DNA of 34,018 bases, taken from Octopus bimaculoides. Lineage: Eukaryota. The position numbers and the translations under genes were made by a program. The DNA is taken from assembly GCF_001194135.2 (NCBI RefSeq), contig NC_068985.1, positions 87,646,606 to 87,680,623 on the forward strand, written 5' to 3'. The notes beneath the pieces are model-generated. The model had not been told where the DNA came from and did not search any database. It worked only from the letters and a program-made list of their open reading frames with translations. Position 1 is the stretch's first letter. Each line of letters opens with the position of its first letter. Below are positions 12,451-24,140 of this stretch, in pieces.

Positions 12451-12668
12451 TACTTCTGTCACAGATTCACCGTTCTGGCAAAATGCAGACAAAGAGAATT
12501 TGCATATTTACCCTCTTATTGAACTTATCTAATATCAGAACTTGCAAATTGATTTAGCGTTTTGATTGTTCGTTCATCTTTCTCTCCATCAAATGATGAA
12601 TAATGAACATACACATTACCAAGTATTCGTCAGCCCCGGCATTACTCACTCTCTCTCTCTCTCTCTCA

Positions 12669-12962
12669 GTGGCTCATGATCGTTAGGTAGTGAATTCGAT
12701 TCCTGGTGGTGCACTGTGTCTTTCAGCATGACATTTTATTTCACATTGCTCCAGTCTACTTAACTGGCAAAAATTAGATGTACCAGTAATACACAGGGTC
12801 AAGTTTATCACATTCTGTGTCACACTGAATCTCCCTAAAAACTACGTTAAAAGTACGTGCATCTGCTGAGTACTAAGCGACCTGCATGTGAGTTTCATGT
12901 GCAGACAGTTTTGTTGGTTGGATCAACTGAAATACTTGTCATCGTAACCGATGGACGGCCAG
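12669..12962 (+). mobile_element. Third SINE family (tRNA-like head, CORE-like body), diverged
   Basis: B-box-like GAATTCGATTCC; GTGTC...ACATTTTATTTCACATTGCTCCAGTC...GGCAAAAA; TGTGTCACACTGAATCTCCCT...CTACGTTAA...GGATCAACTG...CGTAACCGA. Recognised by recall as an octopus-type SINE. Confidence 0.6.
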
Positions 12963-13591
12963 TGGTTCTACGTATGTATATACATACAACACACACACAC
13001 ACATATATATATACATATATATANNNNNNNNNNNNNNNNNNNNNNNNNNNNNNNNNNNNNNNNNNNNNNNNNNNNNTATATATATATATATATATGTACA
13101 TATATTTATACATACACGAGTCAGCATAATGTAAGATGGAGAATTTCCAAAATTTTCTTCAAATTCTTTATTAGACTATATTCTTCATATTCCAGTCAGA
13201 CAATGCTTCTGCTAGATAAGTGACCTTTGTATAAACAGACCTGTGTATTTAGTTAATTTATACTAAGCCAATTGCAATACATTCACATTTAAAAATTGAT
13301 AACCTGATGCAACTTTATTCGGGGTGTTGGTGATATGTTACATGAAATGCAAAGAGAACCCAGGATTTACCTATCGAATGAAGAACGGTTTCATTGTTTA
13401 CTGTAAACTATTCTAAATGTAGCCTTTCTCCTATGTGGCTAGCCAGATCTGGATTGTTTCAGAGTAAAATTCTAATAAAATACTTGCCTGATTTCAAATG
13501 CCTTTTTCCATTTTCTTCTCCGATTTGTTTGTATATATGCATGCATGCACACACGCGAGAGGGCGCACACACACACACGCACGCACATTCA

Positions 13592-13778
13592 ACTATCACG
13601 AGTGTTACGTTCCAAAACCCTGCGCGATAGGCGAAAATCTCCGAAGTAGAAGCAGAACTATATTTTTAATTATTTTTATAATTTGCATATATTTATTTTA
13701 TTAAAAATGCAAAACAACACCACGGTGGAATCGATGTAAGCTTATAATAGAAACCGCGATAGGCGAACCGCGATATAT
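13592..13778. mobile_element. Tigger/pogo-like non-autonomous DNA transposon remnant
   Basis: GTTACGTTCCAAAACCC..CGCGATAGGCGAAAATC and GAAACCGCGATAGGCGAACCGCGATATA. CGCGATAGGCGAA is repeated at 13623-13635 and 13755-13767, resembling Tigger-type subterminal motifs. Confidence 0.5.
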
Positions 13779-14453
13779 ATGTATATAGTCATCCTCATTT
13801 TCGTTATCACTGTTTCAATGCCCACATTTCTATGCTTGCTTCTGTCAGAATTTATTCAGGACAATTTACTGTGACTGGAAGCCCTTCTTTTTGCTAATCT
13901 TCATGTGGTTCCTATTTGAAGCCAGGTATTATTTCTTCGTGACCCAACAGGTCTTTATAGAAGATGATGCTGACAATCGTTAGTCACATGATGTCAAGAC
14001 AAGGAGACATCCATATATTCATGCAGAGATGGACAGACGGGTATATATACACATATATACACTTGTATACAAGCATATATATAGCACAGGGTCAATCCCG
14101 CTCTCTAGATAATATAGGCATTCTCCCAAAAGGCAAAATTAATCTATGGCGTTGGATACAAAAGAAGTTGTTGGGGTGATATCCGAGTTGACATCCTCTT
14201 AGAAAGAACGTCTACACAAAGACCAGGCGTTTCTAGTTCCCAGTCGTTCGATGGTCATTTGCTCTATCGAGGTCATTTGCCTTTTGATAGGTTTGTTTTC
14301 ATTCTGCAGGGTGTCCAACAAAAACCAACCACCAGACCAAGTGGTCTTGTTAAAGTTGCTGGTTAAGTAGCTAATGATTCAACCACATGACAGGTTGTAT
14401 CGGGTTACATGTTACCGGCAGCACAGAAGGTGACCTGGCATACTTAGTGGCAG

Positions 14454-14478
14454 AGAGCGAGAGCGAGCGAGAGAGAGG

Positions 14479-14531
<53 letters not shown>

Positions 14532-14773
14532 TGCGTGTGTTGGTATGCGTGTGTGTGAGTGTGTAGAGAAATGTATGTTGCTTTACGTACAGTTCTGTGG
14601 GATCTGGAATGACACAAACATATACAATTACTACAGACTTTGTGTGTATGTGTATATATAAATATATACGTGCATATAAATGTATGCATATGTTTATATT
14701 TATATGCACATATACTATCTGCGCACACGCATGTATGCATACACACACATACAATAAATTGATTTGAATTTTA

Positions 14774-14832
<59 letters not shown>
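14454..14832. repeat. (GA)n, (TG/TA)-rich and (AAT)n microsatellites
   Basis: (GA)n at about 14454-14528 and (AAT)n at about 14774-14830. Confidence 0.9.
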
Positions 14833-15045
14833 TAATAGTGATAGTAGCAACAACAAAAATAATAAAATATCTAAAGTCTCCATATAAATATAACAAAAGT
14901 AACAATGTTGTTAAACACAATTTCTTGCTTTTTAAATCTTCAACATGCATTAGTGTTAATACATATATTTTACATTTAGCATGTCAGTACACACCAGCTT
15001 GTATCTGCCGTTGAATACTGTTGAACATGAAGCATATTGCAATTT

Positions 15046-15047
15046 TT

Positions 15048-15099
<52 letters not shown>

Positions 15100-15261
15100 T
15101 ATCATAACAGAAATACTTCAGTTTAAACTATGCAGCTATCAAGTTTCGGTGAAAATTTTATATTTCTAAAGTATATATTTGAACAGAATAACAGCAATAT
15201 GTAACAATTACTCCGTTAAAAGTTTTACTAATATAAATATTTCCTCTGTGTGTGTGTGTGT

Positions 15262-15304
<43 letters not shown>

Positions 15305-15320
15305 TGTGTGTGTGTGTGTA
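15046..15320. repeat. (CTTT)n and (TG)n microsatellites
   Basis: (CTTT)n at about 15046-15100 and (TG)n at about 15247-15320. Confidence 0.9.
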
Positions 15321-15371
15321 TGATGGTAAAGTTATTTAAAAAATCTGCTGTTTTCATACACATATTTTGCA

Positions 15372-15475
15372 GTGGCTAAAGTTTGCTTCTTTACCACGAT
15401 GCTTCAAGTTCATTCGCTCTGCTGGCCATGTTGGGCAAGTGTCATTTACAAGAGCTCCAAGACAACCAAAGACTC
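15372..15475 (+). mobile_element. SINE family A head remnant, very diverged
   Basis: GTGGCTAAAGTTTGCTTC...AAGTTCATTC...TTGGGCAAGTGTC...ACAACCAAAG. Confidence 0.4.
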
Positions 15476-15939
15476 AAATGTCTTCTTGATAGATAGAAAT
15501 TGATATAGATATATATACACACATTATACTGTTCCATGAAGATAAGATCGAAAAAAAAATGTAATCTATCTGGTGATATATATTGTTAAAAATACATAGT
15601 GTATATTTTATAAGCTACTAACAGTTTCATGCAAAATAAATGACGACACAGACACCACACACGTCTGGTGCCTTCATGCAAACTTTAGGCTGTGCTCATG
15701 TCATGTACTAGCTAAAATGGGATGACAGAATAAGAGAAAATATAAGAAAAGGTGAGAAAGTGGATGTAAAACGTGGAAAGGTAAGAACCCCGAAAAACGA
15801 AAGGGAAAGGAAAATAGGGAAAGAAAAAGAAGGGAGATAATTAGAGTCTCATCATCTTGGACCGTAATGTCATCATGATAAGCCTGAATGGAGATGGGTC
15901 TAGAGTCTGTGTAACAGCCGCTCAGTCCGGTGAGGGTGG

Positions 15940-16560
15940 TATTGTCCACTTTATCAACAAGAACATATCCATGTATTTACATCTGAAAATTTCAGATCTG
16001 GAATTCAGCAATACTGTATAGTTATTAGATAAGAAAAGGAGCTGTGATATTTTAGCTACGCAATGCTTGCATTTTGTTTTGGTCCACTGATATATGGCAT
16101 GGATTTTTCAGTTATTTTCCCCTTTATTATATGTGGCGGAGTGTTAGATTTCAAATCCCATTCGTGGTTAGCCAGTTTAATGGCTTTCCATTTGTCACTG
16201 TACCGGAAAGAAAGATGTGGTTCGCTTAGCAATTTTGAAGTCGCCTTCAATAACCCGATGTAATTCTTCTTTTTTGTTTATGCTATCATCTGGCGTTGCT
16301 GTAGCTTCTGCCTCATACATGACGGATTTATTAATGCACCCCTTGTCAATTGGACAAATTCTTGAGTCTCTATAGTTACAACTGGGAGTAAACTCCTGGT
16401 GGAGTTTGCATGTTATGATGCGCTTCATATTAGGCCAGCAGCTATATGATAATTCAATCGAACGTCTGTTGAATATGTTTCTGCATATGTGATTTACTGG
16501 AAAATATTTATCTAAGAGAGTCAAGAATCTTGAGCTGGATTCTGAGTTATATCTGCCACC
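15940..16560 (-). mobile_element. Degraded Penelope-like retroelement C-terminal region: thumb/linker, Cys-rich motif and GIY-YIG endonuclease
   Basis: Frameshifted translation: FLTLLDKYFPVNHICRNIFNRRSIELSYSCWPNMKRII...CNYRDSRICPIDKGCINKSVMYEA; NYIGL (TAC ATC GGG at 16254-16262); EGDFK; SFRYSDK...WDLKS...PYISGPK; LLNSRSEIFRCKY. These match PLE C-terminal endonuclease motifs. A pyrimidine-rich 3' region follows at about 15700-15850. Confidence 0.85.
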
Positions 16561-16834
16561 CAATAGCAGGTGCACTCCCTTGAACAGGTGCTACATAGTT
16601 GCTGTCTCCCTGGTTTTACCCATAAGACTTGGGACAACTTTTACCTATGATAAAGACTTTCTTTTTCCCAGAGCCAACAACATCGGTCATAAGATTGATA
16701 TAATCATATATTGTGTTGAATGTGATGCTGCAGGATATCCGCCATGACAGAAATTAGTAAATAATTGTTTGGGGCACAAAGCATGGGCGCAAAACTGAAA
16801 CATTCGGAAGAGTTGGTAGGGATTCCACTCCATC

Positions 16835-16932
16835 ACTGGTATTTGATATCTTTTACCTTGTGGAAGATGAAAGACAAAGATGACTACAGTTGAATTTGAA
16901 CTCAGAATATAAAGATTTGGAACAAATACTAC
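16835..16932 (-). mobile_element. SINE family B fragment, diverged
   Basis: ACTGGTATTTGATATC...GAAGATGAAAGACAAAGATGAC...GAATTTGAACTCAGAA is the reverse complement of the family B B-box and core. Confidence 0.55.
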
Positions 16933-17518
16933 TCGACATGATGGTCACAGCTAGAACTATTTTGATCTGAAGTCTATTCATGTAAAGATAATCAAACAAC
17001 AACAACAACAATAACACCGAGGAATTTTTCATATATTTTGCCCAGCGTAAAATCTATGATTAAGACTTTTCATAAGATATATCGCAACCCAACTGACCAT
17101 CAATGGATTTCGTATGAAAATGAAACTTTCCACTGCTTAAAAGTATAACTTCAGATAAATGAAGAACCTTTTACTAAGCTGCTGTACTGAAAAAAATGTT
17201 AGAAGTGGTTGATGTTAGACAGGTGCTCTCTTAATTGACCGTGTAGTTGATTAGTTATTGATCGCTTCTTATTAATAAAAGATATTGGTTCTGCCATATA
17301 TTCATTAAATTAATAAATATTTATGTGTAGAATCCTTGCTTGAGATATTTCAGCAACTGGCATAGCTGTGTTGTTCAGAATTTCACAATCCAATCATGAT
17401 ATTTAAAGTTCAATCCAGCTGTGTGGCACATTCGTCAAGTATTTATTTGTTGTTGTCCTGGATTGACCAAAGCTATACGAGTGGCGTTTGGTAGACAAAA
17501 GCAAAAATGCACACATCG

Positions 17519-18054
<536 letters not shown>

Positions 18055-18785
18055 TATGGCTACATACATAATACATACATAAGTTTATCATTTAGATATA
18101 TATGAGCATGTCTAGATATGCAAATACATGCATAAAAATACATAGATAAAGCAAAACATACAATTCTGCACATATACGTACAAACAAAAATACTCTGTTG
18201 TTGATATTGAACTTCCAAAGAAGGAGCTTTGAATCTAGGTTAGAAACCGGTTCTTTCTCTATTGGCAAGAAATCGTAAAATAAAACCGAACAATGACATA
18301 CATACATATATGTGTGCTTGTCACCACTTCAACATGGCTGTTCCGTCACTACAATTTTCAACCTTCCTCCAGCTGGTTTTCGATCCAATCTGTATCCGAT
18401 ATATAGCAGCAAGGGAGCGAACCCTACCATTCTCTACCAACGGTGCCAGGACCACCGGACCGTATAGTTGTCCCTAATTTTTTCTGTATATTGCGAGCTG
18501 GAGTGAACCGCTGCTATCTCTAGCGGATGAGTATCCACCACTGAGAACGCGTGCAAATAACTCAGAACTGACGGTCGGGTGGTGCCGTCGCCATTGTAAC
18601 GAGTTTCTTATGTCTGCCGGTCATGCAACAGCTGGTCACTTTCTTTCATCAATCTGAATTTACCAAAATTCTGCAAGTCTTATTTTCTTCACTAACACAG
18701 GTTTGAAAAATTTGCTTAAATTCTGATGTTTCAAATATTATCGCATTTAATACTCATGAAGAAATTTATCGTTCACCTGAAACAA

Positions 18786-18797
18786 AATCATCATCAT

Positions 18798-18863
<66 letters not shown>

Positions 18864-18990
18864 TATTATCATCATCATCATCATCATCGTCGTCGTCGTC
18901 GTCGCCGTCGTCATCATTATTCCCATCGTCAACGTCATCATGATCATCATCGTCATCATCGTCATCAACACCATCATCACCATCAACAGC
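18786..18990. repeat. (CAT)n/(CGT)n trinucleotide repeat
   Basis: Directly visible. Confidence 0.95.
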
Positions 18991-19321
18991 AGTAGAAATG
19001 TCATCATCGTTTTTGAGGCAGCTTTTCTATCGCTGTATGCCTTTCTTGTCGCCGACTATTGCCTGTCTCGAAACAAATATTTCCCCTATGGCCAGCTATA
19101 TTCTTCACAGAGGACTAGAAATGAGCAACACTGCTTATTTGAAGGTGATGCTTGTTTACAATCATCAAACGGTTAAAACGAGGGTTCACACAACCACACA
19201 CATATATCTACAAATCTACATCTATCTATTCATCTATCTATTTAGCTATTCATTTGTTTACTTATTTATTTATCTATCTATACATTTATTTACCTCTTGA
19301 TTTGTTCTTCGTTCTGTTTCT

Positions 19322-19450
19322 GTCTACCAAATAAACTCACAAGGCTTTGTTTAACACAAAGCTATTGTACCAAACACTTATTTAAAATGCCTTGCAATAG
19401 AATTAAACCAGAAACCATGTAATAAGGAAAGAATCTTCTTACCAACACAC
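19322..19450 (-). mobile_element. SINE family A 5' fragment, diverged
   Basis: CTACCAAATAAACTCACAAGGCTTTG...GAAACCATGT...CTTCTTACCAACAC matches the reverse complement of the head and core. Confidence 0.55.
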
Positions 19451-19795
19451 TCGGGCCAACGCCTATGTATTGAGTAAATCTTTGCAATTACTCTCACCAT
19501 TGGTTTTTAATGCTGTCATCTGATTTCATATTTGTAGGTATGAAGTTGATTGAAGCAATTCAAATAATCAATGCTGCTTCTTTTAATAACTTAGATTAGG
19601 AATGACAGAACGTGAACTTGGAATTAGAAAGCCAGACATTAGAACTAAATGGATTTTGATTTGTCTTTTCCTCTAAAATAAATTAGTCTCTCTTTTCTTT
19701 TCTTTTTTTTTTTTACTAGTCAGCAATCTGTTGTCATATGTCTCAAAAGAGTTAAAGTTTCTTTGATTTTTAGAAATAAACAATAAACAGATGTA

Positions 19796-20038
19796 GGCAT
19801 GGCTGAATGGTAAGACGTTTACCTCTCAACCACACGGTTCCATGTTCAGTCCCATTGCTGATCAGACTGAACAAGTGTCTTCTTCTATAGCCTCCGCCCA
19901 ACCAATGCCTTGTGAGTGGATTTAGTAGACAGAAACTGAAAGAAGCCCGTCGTGCATATGTGTTTGTGTCTTTGTGTCTGTGTCAACCACCACCGTCTGA
20001 CAATTAGTGCTGGTGTGTTTACATCCCCATAACTTAGA
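19796..20038 (+). mobile_element. SINE family A, diverged and 3'-truncated
   Basis: GGCTGAATGGTAAG...GTTCAGTCCC...CCAATGCCTTGTGAGTGGATTTAGTAGACAGAAACTGAAAGAAGCCCGTCG...GCTGGTGTGTTTACATCCCCATAACTTAG. Confidence 0.85.
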
Positions 20039-21552
20039 AGATATCCTTGTCAATTACACTTCACTCAGTAATCCTTAAGATTACAAATGGGGGCATTAGA
20101 AAGCTAGAAATTTGCATTAAGATGCAAATGAACATGGAAATCATCAAGGATGGAACTAATTTGATCATAGGCCTCATCTAACTGAACTGAATCTGGGCAC
20201 AACAACAATAATAATAACAACATCGAAGACGCTTTTTGAAATGTAAAAGAGAGATGTCATTTTACACATGTGTTTGTCCTTAATAACAAAGACCACATTT
20301 TCAATGCCAAGATTCAAGTGAGGCAATCCTGAATTAACGATGAGTTGGTCATGGTTTAGTGCATACAGTAAGTGCTTATTTAGACCAGTACCCCGCCTAC
20401 CCACCATCGGTGCTCAGTCGTTGCATAAGTGGAGCTAAATATATATATATATATACAAAGCCGTAACTCAACAATAAGAAAATCAATTTAAATTCTTTAA
20501 AAAAAATTGCAATCGTTCTTAGATTTCTTCTTAATCTAAACAGAAAAAATAAACATGCGAGAAGAGAGAGCAAGTAGCAGTTTATGTAGGAAGGAGAAGA
20601 TAAAATAAATAAATAAATTGAAATAAAAGAAGGAAAAGAAAANNNNNNNNNNNNNNNNNNNNNNNNNNNNNNNNNNNNNNNNNNNNNNNNNNNNNNNNNN
20701 NNNNNNNNNNNNNNNNNNNNNNNNNNNNNNNNNNNNNNNNNNNNNNNNNNNNNNNNNNNNNNNNNNNNNNNNNNNNNNNNNNNNNNNNNNNNNNNNNNNN
20801 NNNNNNNNNNNNNNNNNNNNNNNNNNNNNNNNNNNNNNNNNNNNNNNNNNNNNNNNNNNNNNNNNNNNNNNNNNNNNNNNNNNNNNNNNNNNNNNNNNNN
20901 NNNNNNNNNNNNNNNNNNNNNNNNNNNNNNNNNNNNNNNNNNNNNNNNNNNNNNNNNNNNNNATATATACAAATTTATGCACACACACTCACAGACACTC
21001 CTATGTAAACGCATATATATATATAGATGTCTTTATATACATACACACATGCATATATATATACTTTCATACATACACATACATATACACATACACACGC
21101 AGAGAAACACCCATGTATGCAATAGAGATTCATATATATAACACAATTTAGAAAAACTCCAGTCACGTGAGATTGTCCTGCTATTTGAAATCAAAAATAT
21201 TCATTTCAAAAATGTCCAAACCTATTTGAACAAACAAACAGGAAAGAAGAGATTTACTTCTTTAGATTTTCCGTTGCATTTGATTGCATTTAATTTTTGT
21301 TCTATGGTATCTAATATTTCTGAGATTCTGCTGAATGTTTCGCTCTTCAATGAGAAATCATTGAGTATTAATAGGAATTAAATATAAATACACATCTAGG
21401 TAGGGTTTGAAACCAGATCTCTTGTTAAAATGTGATGAAGTACAATTCATGCAAAGTAATATATGCTTTGCACTTTTAACCTTTATACCTAGCAAAGTTC
21501 AAGTTGTTCTCGTAAAGTAGTTTGTGGCATCCAATACCCCACCCCGGAGGCA

Positions 21553-21960
21553 TAATTAGAAACGGAGGAAGATGGGTAAGAGAGCATAGTATCGAGTGTA
21601 AGTACTAGCTGGAGAAAATTCAAGTATACTTATCTCTGAAGCCTCTTTATCGGAAGGTTGGGCCAATTGTTCAATGCCATTATGCAAAGTGTAGTATTAC
21701 ACAATCATGTGATGTGGACCTCAGAGGAACCATGAACTCTAGAAATTAATGTAGTGAGCATGCTCAGCTGGTTGTATAATACAAATATGCATTATCTGAA
21801 CAACAGAGTTGATATCATCAAAAAACTGAGCCGAGAGAAGAAATTGCATGTTAGAGGAATCAGGTCTTGTGCGTAAGAGCGAAAAGGGTATGGTCATCGA
21901 GATATGATGTGTATGGATGATAACATTTGTTTAAAGAATAACCGTGTATAGGAGAAACAT
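21553..21960 (+). mobile_element. RTE-clade LINE 3' ORF remnant
   Basis: ESIVSSVSTSWRKFK; FNAIMQSVVLHNHVMW...LEINVVSMLSWLYN...REKKLHVRGIRSCA*ERKGYGH..MCMDDNICLK. This resembles the RTE C-terminus (YDACV..AMLHGSETW...ERNEASMLRWMC...LREKL..RGIRC...RLRWYGHVMRM). Confidence 0.7.
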
Positions 21961-22317
21961 AGAATATGTTCTAATAAGGAGGAAAACTGAGGTAGAAAAC
22001 GGTAGATTCAGGAAGAACAAAGAAGAATCTGAAAAACTAGGAAAAATTGGGGAAAACTGAAGACAAACCTAAAACTGTTGCATCTAAAAAAGGAGATGAA
22101 AGATGGCAATGTTGATTAGCAAATTGCTGTGTAGAAGAAGACCTGTTCATCCACCCAAGCATGGCAAAATGTATATATATTTTTATGTATGTGTGAATGT
22201 GTGCCTTCTAGTTAGTTGTTTTCACGATCGCAAGTTTGCGGTTTCAATTTTCAGACTGATGATGCATTGCGTTTTTGAAAAAAAACACTTCATGTCATAT
22301 TACTGTAGCACACTGGA

Positions 22318-22440
22318 CTGAAGGCGAGGATTATGGCAGTATTTACTAACTTAAACAAGGAGACTGTCCAGAAGAGTTGCAGGAAATTCTCAAGTCGTCT
22401 GGAAGCCGTGATTAAAGCCAATGGCGATCTTATTGAATAA
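22318..22440 (+). mobile_element. Tc1/mariner transposase C-terminal fragment
   Basis: LKARIMAVFTNLNKETVQKSCRKFSSRLEAVIKANGDLIE* matches the Tc1-like C-terminal pattern (RL.AV..A.G..IE stop). Confidence 0.75.
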
Positions 22441-22556
22441 ATTTACTCTTTATATATATATATATATATATATNNNNNNNNNNTAATACAGACACCGAAA
22501 TAATTTCTAATAGTTTCATGCTTCTATGTTGTTTGAACTTGGTATATTTATAGAAT

Positions 22557-22600
22557 ACTAGTAGGGTATAGCCCGGCTTTGCCCTGGATTAAGTTGGGAT
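22557..22600 (+). mobile_element. Possible Helitron/Helentron-type non-autonomous terminus
   Basis: ACTAG...GCCCGGCTTTGCCCTGG resembles the ACTAG..GCCCGGC.TTGCCCGG ends of such elements; short motif only. Confidence 0.3.
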
Positions 22601-22814
22601 TATTAAGCTAATCAAGTTCTTTATTTCAAATCAACATCAAATTTGGGCAGAATCAGTGTCGTGACGGGAGCGCATGGGTTGGGAGTTTGATCGACAGAGG
22701 TGATCAAGCCTTTGAAAATACCACCCCATCAAACAAGATGAGGACAGATATCCGTCTAATGTAAATAATATTTTTCGGTCCTATCGCAAGGAACGGGCTG
22801 ACCAGATGCACCAA

Positions 22815-24140
22815 CCGAACCATAAGGAATTTAAAGATTTAACCACATTTACAAAAGGACTTAAATTTACACTGACTTAACAAGACTGAAATATCAATGA
22901 AATCAAAAATCATGCTAGAGAGTTTCGCTGAAAAAAATCAAGACTTAGAAAAGAATTGTTTTGTGAAGGAAATTATGATGAATTTCCTCTGAGAAATGAA
23001 AGTAGTTATCATTCCTCAAAAGGGAAGGACAGAGAATTTGATAAGTTTTGGGATCATATAACTTATTTTAAATATGAGCTTCAAGTAAATTATATGCTCA
23101 AAATTCACTGCAAAAGAATGGGAGAATATTACTGCATGGATAACAGATGCAAAACTGGTTAGAAAAGAAGCTGATGCTAGAGGCATGATAACTGCAATTG
23201 ACATAGAATGCTATAAAAATCTCGTGCTATCTATGCTTGATACCAACGTCAGTTATGAAAAACTTAACTTCAATCAGCAAAAAAATAATACAAAAATGTA
23301 ACTTCCTAACCAATTTATACAGGCACAAAAAATGTATAACTGACAAACAATATGGCGATTTAACCAACTTTAAATGTCAGACAAGCAATTTTTGTGGACT
23401 ATAAGTGTTCACGAAAGTAACAATACAAGTAAAGATTCTTCATTTTCATGATTAAATTTCTTCTTTCATCTGATAAATATGTGATTGATATTGGCAAGAA
23501 ATTCTTGCGAGACTCACCGATCGAGGAATTTCGTAGACATATTACTAAAACCATATTAAACAAAAACACAACATAAAAGACGACTTAAATATATTAAACC
23601 ACCATCTATGTACAAAGTATGCAAATCCTTAGTAGTTACTTTTGGTGTGGTTCCGGCATGAACATGGAATAAAAACAATGTATTTATTACTTAATAAACG
23701 TCCTTGTTATTTATTTATCAATTCGCATATCCAAATAATGCATAAGGACAAATTAGGAAAGGCAATGGGAACCGTCTTAACCCCAACATATGCAATTTTA
23801 ATCATGCGGATACTTTAAGATAAAAATATATGAAACATCCAGGAAGAAATATGGAAGCCAATTTTCATTCATAACTGAAAGGAAAGAAAACCTGGTAAAC
23901 ATATTTCGACGGTTTTTTTTACCATAATCAGAAGGATTGGGGAGACTTTCTGAATTTAAGACACAGCTAAATTTAACATTCGATTTACTATGAAGCACAA
24001 CAAATATACATTAGAGATTTAGAAATATTAGATATAAAAAAAACGAACGGAATGTGATTGAAACAGACGAATATTATAAGCTAACAGATTTGAGAAAATA
24101 TTTACTAACATGTCACTCAAAATACACGGGTGCTAGTATT
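22815..24140 (+). mobile_element. Degraded Penelope-like retroelement, reverse-transcriptase region
   Basis: Multi-frame motifs: TKGLKFT; RLRKELF; KEADARGMITAIDIECYKNLVLSML; QTSNFCGL; FVDILLKPY; IKDDLNILNH; GKAMGTVLTPTYAILIM; W*TYFDGF (relic of the RYLDD-type motif); IETDEYYKLTDLRKYLL. Many stops and frameshifts. Confidence 0.85.

Noticed and set aside
15626-16575. Naiad-type selenoprotein PLE with SECIS
   Set aside because: The endonuclease is C-terminal rather than N-terminal, the Cys motif has no in-frame TGA, and the nearby hairpin lacks SECIS features.
18726-18995. Poly-His/Arg protein ORF
   Set aside because: Translation of a (CAT)n/(CGT)n microsatellite.
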